Shown here one piece after another: positions 29,866-39,136 of a DNA stretch of 64,000 bases. Source of the DNA: an uncultured Candidatus Saccharibacteria bacterium (GTDB lineage Bacteria; Patescibacteriota; Minisyncoccia; HO2-45-28); NCBI GenBank assembly GCA_964412115.1, contig CAYPMM010000001.1:764-64763 (forward strand). Reading direction: 5' to 3'. The position numbers and the translations under genes are program-made. Every line of letters begins with the position of its first letter. Positions within the stretch are counted from its first letter, which is position 1. The notes under the pieces are model-generated. The model was not told the DNA's origin and did no database searches. It was given only the letters and a program-made list of their open reading frames with translations.

Positions 29866-31200
29866 TTATCTGCCAAAAATCTGATTAAGCTTTAAAATAA
29901 CTTTTTCGTAATCCATGTACGCGCTGATGGCGGCGATAGATAAAACAACCGCTCCGGAGACGAGAAAATACCGGAAATATTCTTTTGGCGCAAAATAAAA
30001 GCGGCTTAAAGCAAGGCCTGAAAACATGGCCAAAAAGGGATAAACCGGAAAGCGATAGCGGGTCTCGTAGAGTATGGGCACGAGGGATAGGGCGGTCAAC
30101 AAAATAAAAAAGAAAAAATATCCCAGAAGCCGATTTTCTCTTTCTTTTTTAAACCAGACAAAAATTCCCGCAAAACCGGTCCAAAATAAAATTAGGGATC
30201 CCAAAACGGAGCTGGCGACGAAAACAAATTGTCCCCATCCTTGCTGATAAAACCAAAATCCCATGGGACGAGCAAAACTAAAATATTTAATCGTCCTTGA
30301 AGCTGTTAAATTTATGTATTGAAACGGGTGCGCTGAAACAAATTCTTTAAACTGTTCTACCGCGTAGTAGTTCGCGCCAATGGAGCCGTATTTTTTCTGA
30401 GCCTCGGCGAGCTCAGGGGTATTTCCCCCCTCGCCATCTCCGCCCTCATGGTTTCCAACCCAAAAGTTGTATCCAAAATTGGCCATCGTGGGGATAAATT
30501 CTCCATAAACCTTATAGTTTCTGGCGGTCCACGGAATCATCACCAAAAAAAGCATAAATAAAAATAAAACAAGTCTTGCGTAGTCTTTGCGGGAAACAAA
30601 GTAAAAAACAAACGGCAAAAGAAAAATGCCGACACTTGACCTGCCCAAAATTGCAAGGCCAAACGCAATGCCCATAATTGCGGTTTTAAAAAAAGTCGGC
30701 TTGGTAAAAAGCTCCGCAAAAATATAAACCGCTAAAACCGATAAAAATATAAACAGGGTCTCGGTCATAAGCATCGCCCCTATTTCAATAAGGTCGGGAT
30801 GAAATCCGAATACCGCGGCCGCTATCCATCCGATTCGTTTCCCCTCCTCGCCAAAAATTTTAACCGCAATCAGATATAAAAGCAGGGCCGTAATTGCCCT
30901 AAGCAATGCCTGAATAATCCAGACCGCGGCCAGGCTGTGGCCGAAAATTAAGTAAATTCCGGCCAAAAAATATTGATAAAGCGGGCCCTGAAAAGTAATT
31001 ATTTCATCTTCAGCCAGGGACGCTGAGCGATCAAACCTAAAGCCGTAGCCCTCAACTATATTTACCGCCGTCCGGTCGTAAACTCCGGCGTCTACCGCCG
31101 GACTTATTTGATAATAAAAGGCGTATCCGGCGCTAAAAACAAAAACAAGAAAAATAACAACAAGAACGGCGCGATTTTTTTTAACCAAATCTAAAAACAT
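29866..31200 (-). CDS. GT-C fold glycosyltransferase (GT39/GT83-like) paralog
   Basis: Multi-TM, conserved periplasmic loop ...FQGPLYQYF... Confidence 0.55.
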   Translation of the reverse strand: MFLDLVKKNRAVLVVIFLVFVFSAGYAFYYQISPAVDAGVYDRTAVNIVEGYGFRFDRSASLAEDEIITFQGPLYQYFLAGIYLIFGHSLAAVWIIQALLRAITALLLYLIAVKIFGEEGKRIGWIAAAVFGFHPDLIEIGAMLMTETLFIFLSVLAVYIFAELFTKPTFFKTAIMGIAFGLAILGRSSVGIFLLPFVFYFVSRKDYARLVLFLFMLFLVMIPWTARNYKVYGEFIPTMANFGYNFWVGNHEGGDGEGGNTPELAEAQKKYGSIGANYYAVEQFKEFVSAHPFQYINLTASRTIKYFSFARPMGFWFYQQGWGQFVFVASSVLGSLILFWTGFAGIFVWFKKERENRLLGYFFFFILLTALSLVPILYETRYRFPVYPFLAMFSGLALSRFYFAPKEYFRYFLVSGAVVLSIAAISAYMDYEKVILKLNQIFGR

Positions 31201-31212
31201 ATATCCATTATA

Positions 31213-32295
31213 TCAGTTTTTGAGTTTTTTGATTAAGTTCGGAATCAGGTTGCCCAAAGAGTGGTTTTTTGCAACAATCTCGCGAAGTTCTTCGTTCGGC
31301 CTTCGCTCTCCGGCCAATTCTTGTATTTTCTCCGCTAATTTTTCCGGCGTTTTTTCCGCCAAAAAATATCTTGAGGGCAAGATGTTTTGGAACGCCTCGT
31401 TTGAAGTAATGACCGAAAGCCCGCTCGCCATCGCTTCAAGGACGGCCTTGTCCACACTTCCGGTTTCGCTTAAGTTCACGAAGATGTCGCTTTCGGCATA
31501 AAAATCCTGAATTCGCGGATACGGAATCGGCCCGGGGAAACTAACATTGTTTCTTAGATTTTTTTGGTCAACGGCCGATCCTAGTTTCTCAAAATATTTT
31601 TTATCCGATACGGTCATCGGGCCTCCCGCAATTTTAATTTCGAAATCAATATTTTTGTTTTTTAAAATCTCCACGGCTTCAAGCAAAATTTCCAGATTTT
31701 TCACCGGCGCAATTCTCCCCGCCGTAATTATCGTTAGTTTTGGGTTTTGAGTTGTTGTTTTGAGCTTTTCGTTTTGAATTTTAAATTTATCTATGTCAAT
31801 TCCGTGCCCGACAATTTCAATTTTTTTTGAGGGCAGTCTAAAACTTTCACGAGATGCCGTAAAAATTTTATCGACGAGCTTTTCGGCAAGACGCAGTTTT
31901 AAATCTACGGATTTATGCGTGTACCACAAAGCAATTTTTTTGCCCAAAATTTTCCATTCAGCCCAGCCCAAAATGACGTACTCCGGATTCATGTGAACGA
32001 ATACGGCGTCATAATTCTTGCGCTCGCGCCAAATATATTTATAGAAATTAAAAATTACCCCCGTTTTTGCAAATAATCTTCCCCCGCCCGAGGCGGGCCA
32101 GCCTTGGGCTGGTTTTCCAAGCGACAAAATTTTTACGTTTTCTGGCAAACGATACTCCCCTTTCTCAAGGCAAATAACCGTAAGTTTTTCGGTATTTTTA
32201 GCTAATTCCTCCAGCCACCGGTGAAAGAACCCCAAAATCGGGTCGTTTCGATCAACTTTTTGAGTGATTATCAGGAGTTTTAGCATTTTTGCCAA
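31213..32295 (-). CDS. glycosyltransferase family 4
   Basis: GT4 C-terminal domain ...NLSETGSVDKAVLEAMASG. Confidence 0.65.
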   Translation of the reverse strand: MAKMLKLLIITQKVDRNDPILGFFHRWLEELAKNTEKLTVICLEKGEYRLPENVKILSLGKPAQGWPASGGGRLFAKTGVIFNFYKYIWRERKNYDAVFVHMNPEYVILGWAEWKILGKKIALWYTHKSVDLKLRLAEKLVDKIFTASRESFRLPSKKIEIVGHGIDIDKFKIQNEKLKTTTQNPKLTIITAGRIAPVKNLEILLEAVEILKNKNIDFEIKIAGGPMTVSDKKYFEKLGSAVDQKNLRNNVSFPGPIPYPRIQDFYAESDIFVNLSETGSVDKAVLEAMASGLSVITSNEAFQNILPSRYFLAEKTPEKLAEKIQELAGERRPNEELREIVAKNHSLGNLIPNLIKKLKN

Positions 32296-33407
32296 GATTC
32301 AACAATTTTTTGATAATATTCCTCTGCAGACGGTAACCCTCGGGTCTTTTTTACCGCTTCTTCAATCAAACCGCCCCGCAACTCGTCATTTTCCAAAATG
32401 CGTAAAATTGCGCCAATCAGTGCGTTTTTATCGCCTACGGACACAATAAGACCGTTTTTTCCGTCTTCAATAAGTTCTCCCGCAAGACCGACATCGGTCA
32501 TTATAACAGCCGCGCCATATTGCATGGCCTCAACCACGCTCACCCCCCAGCCCTCATATAAACTAGTTAAAAGAAAAACATCGGCGCCTTTGTAATATGA
32601 AGCAGTATTTTTCTGCCATCCTTCAAATCTTATATTAGCTGTTAATTGATAGTTTTTGGATTTTATCTCAAGAGCTTTTCGTTCGGGTCCGTCGCCAACT
32701 ATTATCAAACCGGTTTTGGGATGTTTTTTAACCACTTCAGCCATTGCGTCAAGTGCTAACCCGATGTTTTTTTCTGAGGTAAGGCGCGAGACCATTAAAA
32801 TCGTTTTACTAAATTCGGGGAAACGCTTTGGTTCAATATTTAAATCTGCCGATTCGGCTAAAATCGGCAAAACCACGACTTTGGGGCCGGGGGCTTGGGG
32901 CTGGGGGCTTGGAATAGACCGCCTGATGCGTTCCGACACGACACGGATACATGACGCCCGTGGAATCAAAAATTTTGCGAGCGTTGCCCTCATTTTATTA
33001 AATACCGAGTGTCTAATAAAAAACGGAATAAAAATATCGGCATGAATCTGCATCTGCCAAGGCGTGCCAAATCTTAAAGACAAAAGCCAGCAGATTTTGG
33101 CATGCTCGATATCCTGCGCGACCAGTAAATTATGTTTATTTTTCGCAATCAACCGCCATGCCAGAAAAAAACCTGAAAAAAATCTCCAAAAAATCCCGCC
33201 CTTGGCATACACAAAAAGATTCCCCTGATTATTCCCATGAATTTTCCCGGGAATTTTTCTTGCAAGCACAACAACATCAAGCCGTTCCAGGCGCTTCGCG
33301 TATTCTCCCACTCTTTTTGCTGCGGCTGAATCCTTGTCTAAAATATTCGGATCAGCCGAAAACATCAGTATTTTCATAACAATTCTTTCTGATAGCACTC
33401 TTTGCAT
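32280..33407 (-). CDS. glycosyltransferase family 4
   Basis: TSLYEGWGVSVVEAMQYGAAVIMTDVG (EX7E motif). Confidence 0.7.
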   Translation of the reverse strand: MQRVLSERIVMKILMFSADPNILDKDSAAAKRVGEYAKRLERLDVVVLARKIPGKIHGNNQGNLFVYAKGGIFWRFFSGFFLAWRLIAKNKHNLLVAQDIEHAKICWLLSLRFGTPWQMQIHADIFIPFFIRHSVFNKMRATLAKFLIPRASCIRVVSERIRRSIPSPQPQAPGPKVVVLPILAESADLNIEPKRFPEFSKTILMVSRLTSEKNIGLALDAMAEVVKKHPKTGLIIVGDGPERKALEIKSKNYQLTANIRFEGWQKNTASYYKGADVFLLTSLYEGWGVSVVEAMQYGAAVIMTDVGLAGELIEDGKNGLIVSVGDKNALIGAILRILENDELRGGLIEEAVKKTRGLPSAEEYYQKIVESWQKC

Positions 33408-35080
33408 AAAATATACGGGGTTTCGTTTTCCGGATGCGAGGTTTCAAAACCGGCGCTGCATTTGGAGCATTTGCGCTTAAAAATACGCAGGTTTTTGACC
33501 CAGATGGCGAATTTTTCGTTGATTCGGCAGAAAGGGCACTCGCGAGGCAACGGCAGATTCATCTCCCGCAAAAACTTAAGCTCCATCGGGATGATTTTAT
33601 ACCCTCGACCACACTTTTTACATTCAACGACTTCTTGTAAAACATTATCCGGTGCGTCTTTGATGTTATCGGGCAAGTCATTAGCCTTTTTGGTTGTCTG
33701 ATATTCTTTTTTGTCCTCATCCCGCCACCAATAACCCCGTTCTTCGGCCTCTTCTTTAGTCAAAGGAAAGAAGTTTTGGGCAACTGTTTCATTATAAGCA
33801 TAGGGCTGGATTTCTGTAGGGAAAAACTCGCCGTATCTATACACTCGGCCATTTTTGTCTACATAAGGCATATCATTCATGTGCTCAATAATTTCGGCGC
33901 GAAGTTTTTCAAACTCTTCTTTTTCGTAGCGTTTGTTCAAAATTACATAATCTCCTTTTTTCATAGAAACGCATCCGAAATGGTTTGACCCGCCGGCTGA
34001 AAGCTTGCAGTATTCAGCATTAAAAAGATTGATGCCCGCCTCTTGGCAAAATCTCATATTTGAGGAGTTTTCTCCAATAATAGCTCCCTCGTAAGAGAAT
34101 GTTAGATTTTGGCCCCAGTTAGTAATATCATAGCAATCTTTAATTGGGGGATCTGCTACCAAAAACATATATTTACAGTCCTCCGCGCCTACAGTCTCAA
34201 AACATTCTTTGCAATTTTTGGATTGAAAAACATAATTTCCGGAAGAATTAACAGAAAGAGTGTCATAATACGGCCTTGGCGAAAATTTTTTCCAATATTC
34301 TTCGGCCAATTTCTTGACCTCCTGATAAGTTCTATATGAACCCAAATCCCATTTGGAAATTTCTTTAAAATAACCTTCTTTTGAGTATTGTTTATTGAAA
34401 ATATGGTATTTTTTGTTTCGCAAGTTGGCCGACGCAAAACAATTTTGGGAATTATGCACATCACGGCAGAAAAAACATTCAAACGACTCCGTCATATCAA
34501 AATGAGAGCCAACACACTTATTACATTTAAAAGAATGTGTACAGTCATAAAGAAGTTCATTTGTATGAATAAAAGAGGAATCAAAACAGGATTTGCTATG
34601 CAATAAAACCAAACCATAGGCAGAATCCTCACAAAAAGAGCCGTGAAATATCAAATAACAATTTTTAAGATAATCGTTATGATTGGTATAGGGAGATGTT
34701 GCCATTGACTCTTTGCCGATTGAAAGTCCGAGAAGCGGGACCTCTCGCCACATTTCTTTTAACTGCTCAAAAAAAGGACGCGAAAAATCGTAGTCGCGTC
34801 CGTATTCGTGGGGGTCCCAGTTATCAGACCACCAGCAAGTTGGGCAGTAGGCCTTAACAGGCGCTTCCGGCGCATACATAGAAATTGAGTCCTTTCCGCA
34901 TAAATCACACTTCCTTTTATAAAGATTCACCAAATTCTGAAAAGAAAGACGTCTCTGGAAACGGCATTTGGGGCACCACGTCGGCGCGGGAACTTTTATT
35001 TTTTCGTAAAACTCAAAATCCTCCGGCTCAATTGTGAACTCGTTTCTACAATTCTGACAATTTTTAATTTCTTTTTGCAT
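33374..35080 (-). CDS. Cys-rich zinc-ribbon protein, paralog 1 of 3 (unknown family)
   Basis: 568 aa; N-terminal CQNC...CPKC...CDLC...CPTC and C-terminal CKKC...CPFC...CSKC...CKEC ribbons; central region rich in Cys/Asn/aromatics; paralogs at 46043-47749 and 48277-49959. Confidence 0.6.
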   Translation of the reverse strand: MQKEIKNCQNCRNEFTIEPEDFEFYEKIKVPAPTWCPKCRFQRRLSFQNLVNLYKRKCDLCGKDSISMYAPEAPVKAYCPTCWWSDNWDPHEYGRDYDFSRPFFEQLKEMWREVPLLGLSIGKESMATSPYTNHNDYLKNCYLIFHGSFCEDSAYGLVLLHSKSCFDSSFIHTNELLYDCTHSFKCNKCVGSHFDMTESFECFFCRDVHNSQNCFASANLRNKKYHIFNKQYSKEGYFKEISKWDLGSYRTYQEVKKLAEEYWKKFSPRPYYDTLSVNSSGNYVFQSKNCKECFETVGAEDCKYMFLVADPPIKDCYDITNWGQNLTFSYEGAIIGENSSNMRFCQEAGINLFNAEYCKLSAGGSNHFGCVSMKKGDYVILNKRYEKEEFEKLRAEIIEHMNDMPYVDKNGRVYRYGEFFPTEIQPYAYNETVAQNFFPLTKEEAEERGYWWRDEDKKEYQTTKKANDLPDNIKDAPDNVLQEVVECKKCGRGYKIIPMELKFLREMNLPLPRECPFCRINEKFAIWVKNLRIFKRKCSKCSAGFETSHPENETPYILCKECYQKELL

Positions 35081-35119
35081 ATTAATCTATTCTCAAATTC
35101 TCAAGAATATTAGAATAGT

Positions 35120-35692
35120 TTATATTTTATCTATCCTTTCTCCACGGCCAAGTAAAAGCGCCGGATAGCCGCTATGATTTATTTCTAAGGTTCCGCACCC
35201 TAAATTCTTAAGAAACGACACCATTTCTTCCATTATTTTTTTGTGGTCGTCATGATACCTTTTGCCATAATACTCAATTTCAACGAAATCACCGAGATCT
35301 TTTACCGAATCAACCGATATTTCATAATCTTTGTATTTCCATATTTTCCGTTTTTTGTCCACAACAACTACCGGCTTAAAATCAAGTTTTTCTAAAATTT
35401 TCCGCATTGTTTCAATGTTCTCTATTTTTGTTTCGTGCTCATCCGCGTAAAGCCCTCTGCCCTCTTTGTCAAAATGCCACTTTTTGTAATTTATTGAGTA
35501 TTTTCCATTTGAGTCGCGAATCCTTAACCATTCTTGAATGAGTCTTGGCTCCAAAAAGTCGCGATGCTCCGGTGTAAAATATTCGTCAATTTGATGGTTC
35601 TCCGATTCAAAATCGGCCTCTTTTTCCAAAAAATCCAAAAGGGGCTCAGTGTGTTCAACTTTTGCCTGCAATTCAATTTCAGTTTCTTTCAT
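35120..35692 (-). CDS. CYTH domain protein (class IV adenylyl cyclase / triphosphate tunnel metalloenzyme-like)
   Basis: N-terminal EIELQAKV (ExExK) motif, ~190 aa. Confidence 0.5.
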   Translation of the reverse strand: MKETEIELQAKVEHTEPLLDFLEKEADFESENHQIDEYFTPEHRDFLEPRLIQEWLRIRDSNGKYSINYKKWHFDKEGRGLYADEHETKIENIETMRKILEKLDFKPVVVVDKKRKIWKYKDYEISVDSVKDLGDFVEIEYYGKRYHDDHKKIMEEMVSFLKNLGCGTLEINHSGYPALLLGRGERIDKI

Positions 35693-35714
35693 GTTTTTTT
35701 ATATTTTATCTATT

Positions 35715-36821
35715 CTACCATTCGCGCGAATTAGAGATATGTTTTAAGACCTTTAATGTTTCCTCTATCATATTCTGGCCGGTAAATTTTGAAACGTCGC
35801 GACGGGCAGTTTCGGCTAAGTTTTTGGCAAGTACCAAATTGTCCAGAAGTTCTAAAATCGCGGGAACCCAGGCGTTTTTTTCATTATAACCCGCGATAAG
35901 CGAATTTTCTCGGTCTTTTAGAATTTCCTTGTTTCCGCCGGCCGACGTACTTATAATAGGCGCACCGACCGCCATCGCCTCCAGAATTTGGTGCGAAAAT
36001 CCTTCATAACCGGTGTTGAGCAAAAATATGTCGGCTGCCTTCAAATACTTCAGGACTTCTTCATGAGGCCGAGAATTGATAATAAACAAACTTGCGTCAG
36101 GATATTTTCTTTTAACTTCGGGCATTATCTCGTCCAGCATTTCAAATCCTTTCCACGGCACAGAGCGCCCGACGCTTACCAAAATTTTTCCGTTCAAACC
36201 CAGTTCTTTTCTTAGTTCCTCTTTGCCTTTGGAAATTTCCGGAATGCTAACCGAGTTATAAATAAACTTTATTTTTTCGGGTCTAACACCCCATTTTTCA
36301 ATCACGAATTTTAGATATTGACTGGGAACAATTATGGCCCCGGCCGACCTCGCCACAAATCTTTCAACCCGGCGCAAAAATTCAACTCTAAAACCGTACT
36401 TCTTATCTAAAAATTCATCCAGCAGCTCCTTAACGCCGAAGCGGTTAACTCCCTGCTCCCAGGCGTAGTCGCCCACCACCTTTAAAACGAACGGCTTTCG
36501 TAAAATTAAAGACGCGACACATGGAGCCAGCCCAAAAACAGGATCCTGCGCGTAAATCAAATCCGCGCCAAACGCTCGCTTAAAAATTTTAAGAAAATAA
36601 AATAAATAACGAAAAATTTTAGGCGCCTCGGGACTGATAAAACCGTAAGATAAAACATCCACTTCAACTCCGCGTTTAGGCAATTCGTCCGAAAGTAGTT
36701 TCGAGTATGTCGCCGGACCCCCGATGTCAGGCGGAAAAAGAGGTGTTGCAATTAAAATCCTCATTTGAAATTTATTAACCGATAAAAAATTCCGCCCATA
36801 GTGACCGCGATTTTGTCCCAA
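35715..36821 (-). CDS. glycosyltransferase family 4
   Basis: NTGYEGFSHQILEAMAVGAPIISTSAGG. Confidence 0.7.
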   Translation of the reverse strand: MGQNRGHYGRNFLSVNKFQMRILIATPLFPPDIGGPATYSKLLSDELPKRGVEVDVLSYGFISPEAPKIFRYLFYFLKIFKRAFGADLIYAQDPVFGLAPCVASLILRKPFVLKVVGDYAWEQGVNRFGVKELLDEFLDKKYGFRVEFLRRVERFVARSAGAIIVPSQYLKFVIEKWGVRPEKIKFIYNSVSIPEISKGKEELRKELGLNGKILVSVGRSVPWKGFEMLDEIMPEVKRKYPDASLFIINSRPHEEVLKYLKAADIFLLNTGYEGFSHQILEAMAVGAPIISTSAGGNKEILKDRENSLIAGYNEKNAWVPAILELLDNLVLAKNLAETARRDVSKFTGQNMIEETLKVLKHISNSREW

Positions 36822-37939
36822 GAATAATTTTCATAAACAAGTTTTTTGGCATTTTGGCCTATTTTTTTTCTAAAATCCGGGTCGTGTAAAAACCTTTTTA
36901 TCTTTATCGCCAAATCTTGCGGGTCGTCAACTTCCGAGAGGAGCCCTGTTTCGTTGTGACGCAAAAAATCGGGAATACCGCCTACGTTTGTGCCAACTAT
37001 AGGCAGTCCGGCGCCCATTGCCTCCAAAAAGGCCGATCCCAGGCCTTCGGAGCGCGATGGACGCGCGAAAACATGGGCTATGGCGTAATATTTTGAAAGC
37101 GCGCCGTGGGACATATTGCCCATAAAATGGATGCGTTTTTCAAGTTTAAGAAGCCTTGCCAGCTCTTTTAATTTTTTTTCTTCTGGGCCGGCGCCGGCGA
37201 TGAAAAGATGCGCGTCTGGAATTTCGGCGACAGACTTAATTAAAACATCAACCGCGTTTTTGCGGACCAAACGAGACGCGGTAATCACTACTTTTTGCTT
37301 GTCGGTTATGCCGTGCCTGATTTTTAACTCGCGCAACTCTTCAGAGGTAATATCTTTATTAAAAATATTTAAGTCGGCTCCGTTTGGAACAACAACTATT
37401 TTTTCGGCAGACGCGCCCATGCGCGCGGAGAAATCGCGAAGAAAACGGCTGATAACCTGAATCTTATCGGCCAGGCGAACCGCCATCATCCACGAAAGAC
37501 CGGTTAATCCAAGATTAGAAAACTTCAAATGATTTTCAGAATCCCCCTCCTGCAAGGTGAGCAGAATGGGAACGCCCTTATTCAGGCCTAAAATTTTTAA
37601 TATAAACGGCGCCCCGCTGGTATATGTCGCCATCATGCTCCAAAAAAGAGCGATTTTATTTTTTTTTATCAATTTACGCGCAAAGTACGCTCCGGCAAAA
37701 GGAGAAAGCAGTTTGTCCAAGAAAGGAATGATTCCGAAACCAAATCGAAAAACATCAACAGCGCCTAGACGTTCGTGTTTGGGCAATGAATGTTTTAATC
37801 TGGCTGTAAACAAAACAAAATTAAAGTCTTGCCCCAGACGGTCTGTAATTTCTTTAATCGCCAGCTCCGCTCCGCCGACCATCGGCAGGTAGGCCGTTGA
37901 AAAAATAAGAACGGTTGGCTTAGGTTGAAATTCGTCCAT
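36761..37939 (-). CDS. glycosyltransferase family 4
   Basis: ARPSRSEGLGSAFLEAMGAGLPIVGTNVGG. Confidence 0.7.
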   Translation of the reverse strand: MDEFQPKPTVLIFSTAYLPMVGGAELAIKEITDRLGQDFNFVLFTARLKHSLPKHERLGAVDVFRFGFGIIPFLDKLLSPFAGAYFARKLIKKNKIALFWSMMATYTSGAPFILKILGLNKGVPILLTLQEGDSENHLKFSNLGLTGLSWMMAVRLADKIQVISRFLRDFSARMGASAEKIVVVPNGADLNIFNKDITSEELRELKIRHGITDKQKVVITASRLVRKNAVDVLIKSVAEIPDAHLFIAGAGPEEKKLKELARLLKLEKRIHFMGNMSHGALSKYYAIAHVFARPSRSEGLGSAFLEAMGAGLPIVGTNVGGIPDFLRHNETGLLSEVDDPQDLAIKIKRFLHDPDFRKKIGQNAKKLVYENYSWDKIAVTMGGIFYRLINFK

Positions 37940-37963
37940 TTTCAGCTTATTATGTAATAAAAT

Positions 37964-39136
37964 TTGTTTATGGTCAATCGCAAAAAAATTCTATATTTAA
38001 TCACCAAATCCAACTGGGGCGGGGCGGGAAAGTATGTTTATGAGCTGGCGATTTGGGCAAAAGAGCGCGGTTTTGATGTCGCGGTTGCGGCCGGAGGACA
38101 AGGTGCGCTTGCGCAAAAATTACAGGAAAAAAACATCCGATATTTTGACGTTGCGGGACTCCAAAAAGATGTGGCTTTTTTAAAGCCGTTTATTTCGGGA
38201 TTTGTTTTATTAAAAATCCTATTTAAATTCGGGCCGGATATTGCGCATGCAAATAGTCCTCAAGCGGCGGGCATAGGCGGAGTTGCTGTTTTGATTTATC
38301 GCCTATTTACTTGGAAACGCCGTGTCCAAGCGGTTTACACGATTCACGGCTGGTCGTTTCATGAAGCGCGTCCGGGGCGGCAAAATTTTTTGATACGGCT
38401 TTTTTCAAAAATAACTTGTCTTTTTTATCAAAAAATAATCTGCGTTTCGGAATATGACTGCCGGTCTGCTTTAAAATTCAAAATCGCGCCCTCGCGCAAA
38501 CTCACGATCATACATAACGGCATTGACCCGCAAGATTTAAATTTTTTGTCCCGCGAAGAAGCGCGTGTTTTTTTGGGATCGAATCCCAAAACGCCGCGGA
38601 GATTCGATCCCGACGAGCTAATAATCGGCACAATAGGAGAATTCACTAAAAACAAGGGACAAAAATATTTAATAGAGGCGCTCGGTTTACTTGAAAACAG
38701 GGGTGGGAAATTTAAGAGTTTAATAATTGGCTGGGGAGAGGAGGGTGAAAAGTTAAAAGAACAAAGTTCAAAATTAAAATTAGAAAATGTTGTTTTTATT
38801 GAAAATCTTTCGCCGGCAGCGCCGCATCTTAAAGCTTTTGATATTTTCGTTTTGCCGTCAATTAAAGAGGGTTTGCCTTATACTTTGTTGGAAGCAGGGC
38901 TTGCCGAACTTCCGGTAGTTGCGACGAGTGTCGGCGGAAATCCCGAAATAATAGAACACGAAAAAAACGGCTTGCTTGTAGGGCCGGCTGATTCTGAAAA
39001 ACTAGCCAAAAATATCGCGCGTTTAATTCAAGACGAGGCGCTAAGAAAAAACCTTGGCCGAAACTTGCGTCAAAAAATAGTTAAAGATTTTTCTAAAGAA
39101 AAAATGCTAGAGCGAACTTTTGCGCTTTACAAATAA
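37964..39136 (+). CDS. glycosyltransferase family 4
   Basis: LPSIKEGLPYTLLEAGLAELPVVATSVGG. Confidence 0.7.
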   Translation: MFMVNRKKILYLITKSNWGGAGKYVYELAIWAKERGFDVAVAAGGQGALAQKLQEKNIRYFDVAGLQKDVAFLKPFISGFVLLKILFKFGPDIAHANSPQAAGIGGVAVLIYRLFTWKRRVQAVYTIHGWSFHEARPGRQNFLIRLFSKITCLFYQKIICVSEYDCRSALKFKIAPSRKLTIIHNGIDPQDLNFLSREEARVFLGSNPKTPRRFDPDELIIGTIGEFTKNKGQKYLIEALGLLENRGGKFKSLIIGWGEEGEKLKEQSSKLKLENVVFIENLSPAAPHLKAFDIFVLPSIKEGLPYTLLEAGLAELPVVATSVGGNPEIIEHEKNGLLVGPADSEKLAKNIARLIQDEALRKNLGRNLRQKIVKDFSKEKMLERTFALYK

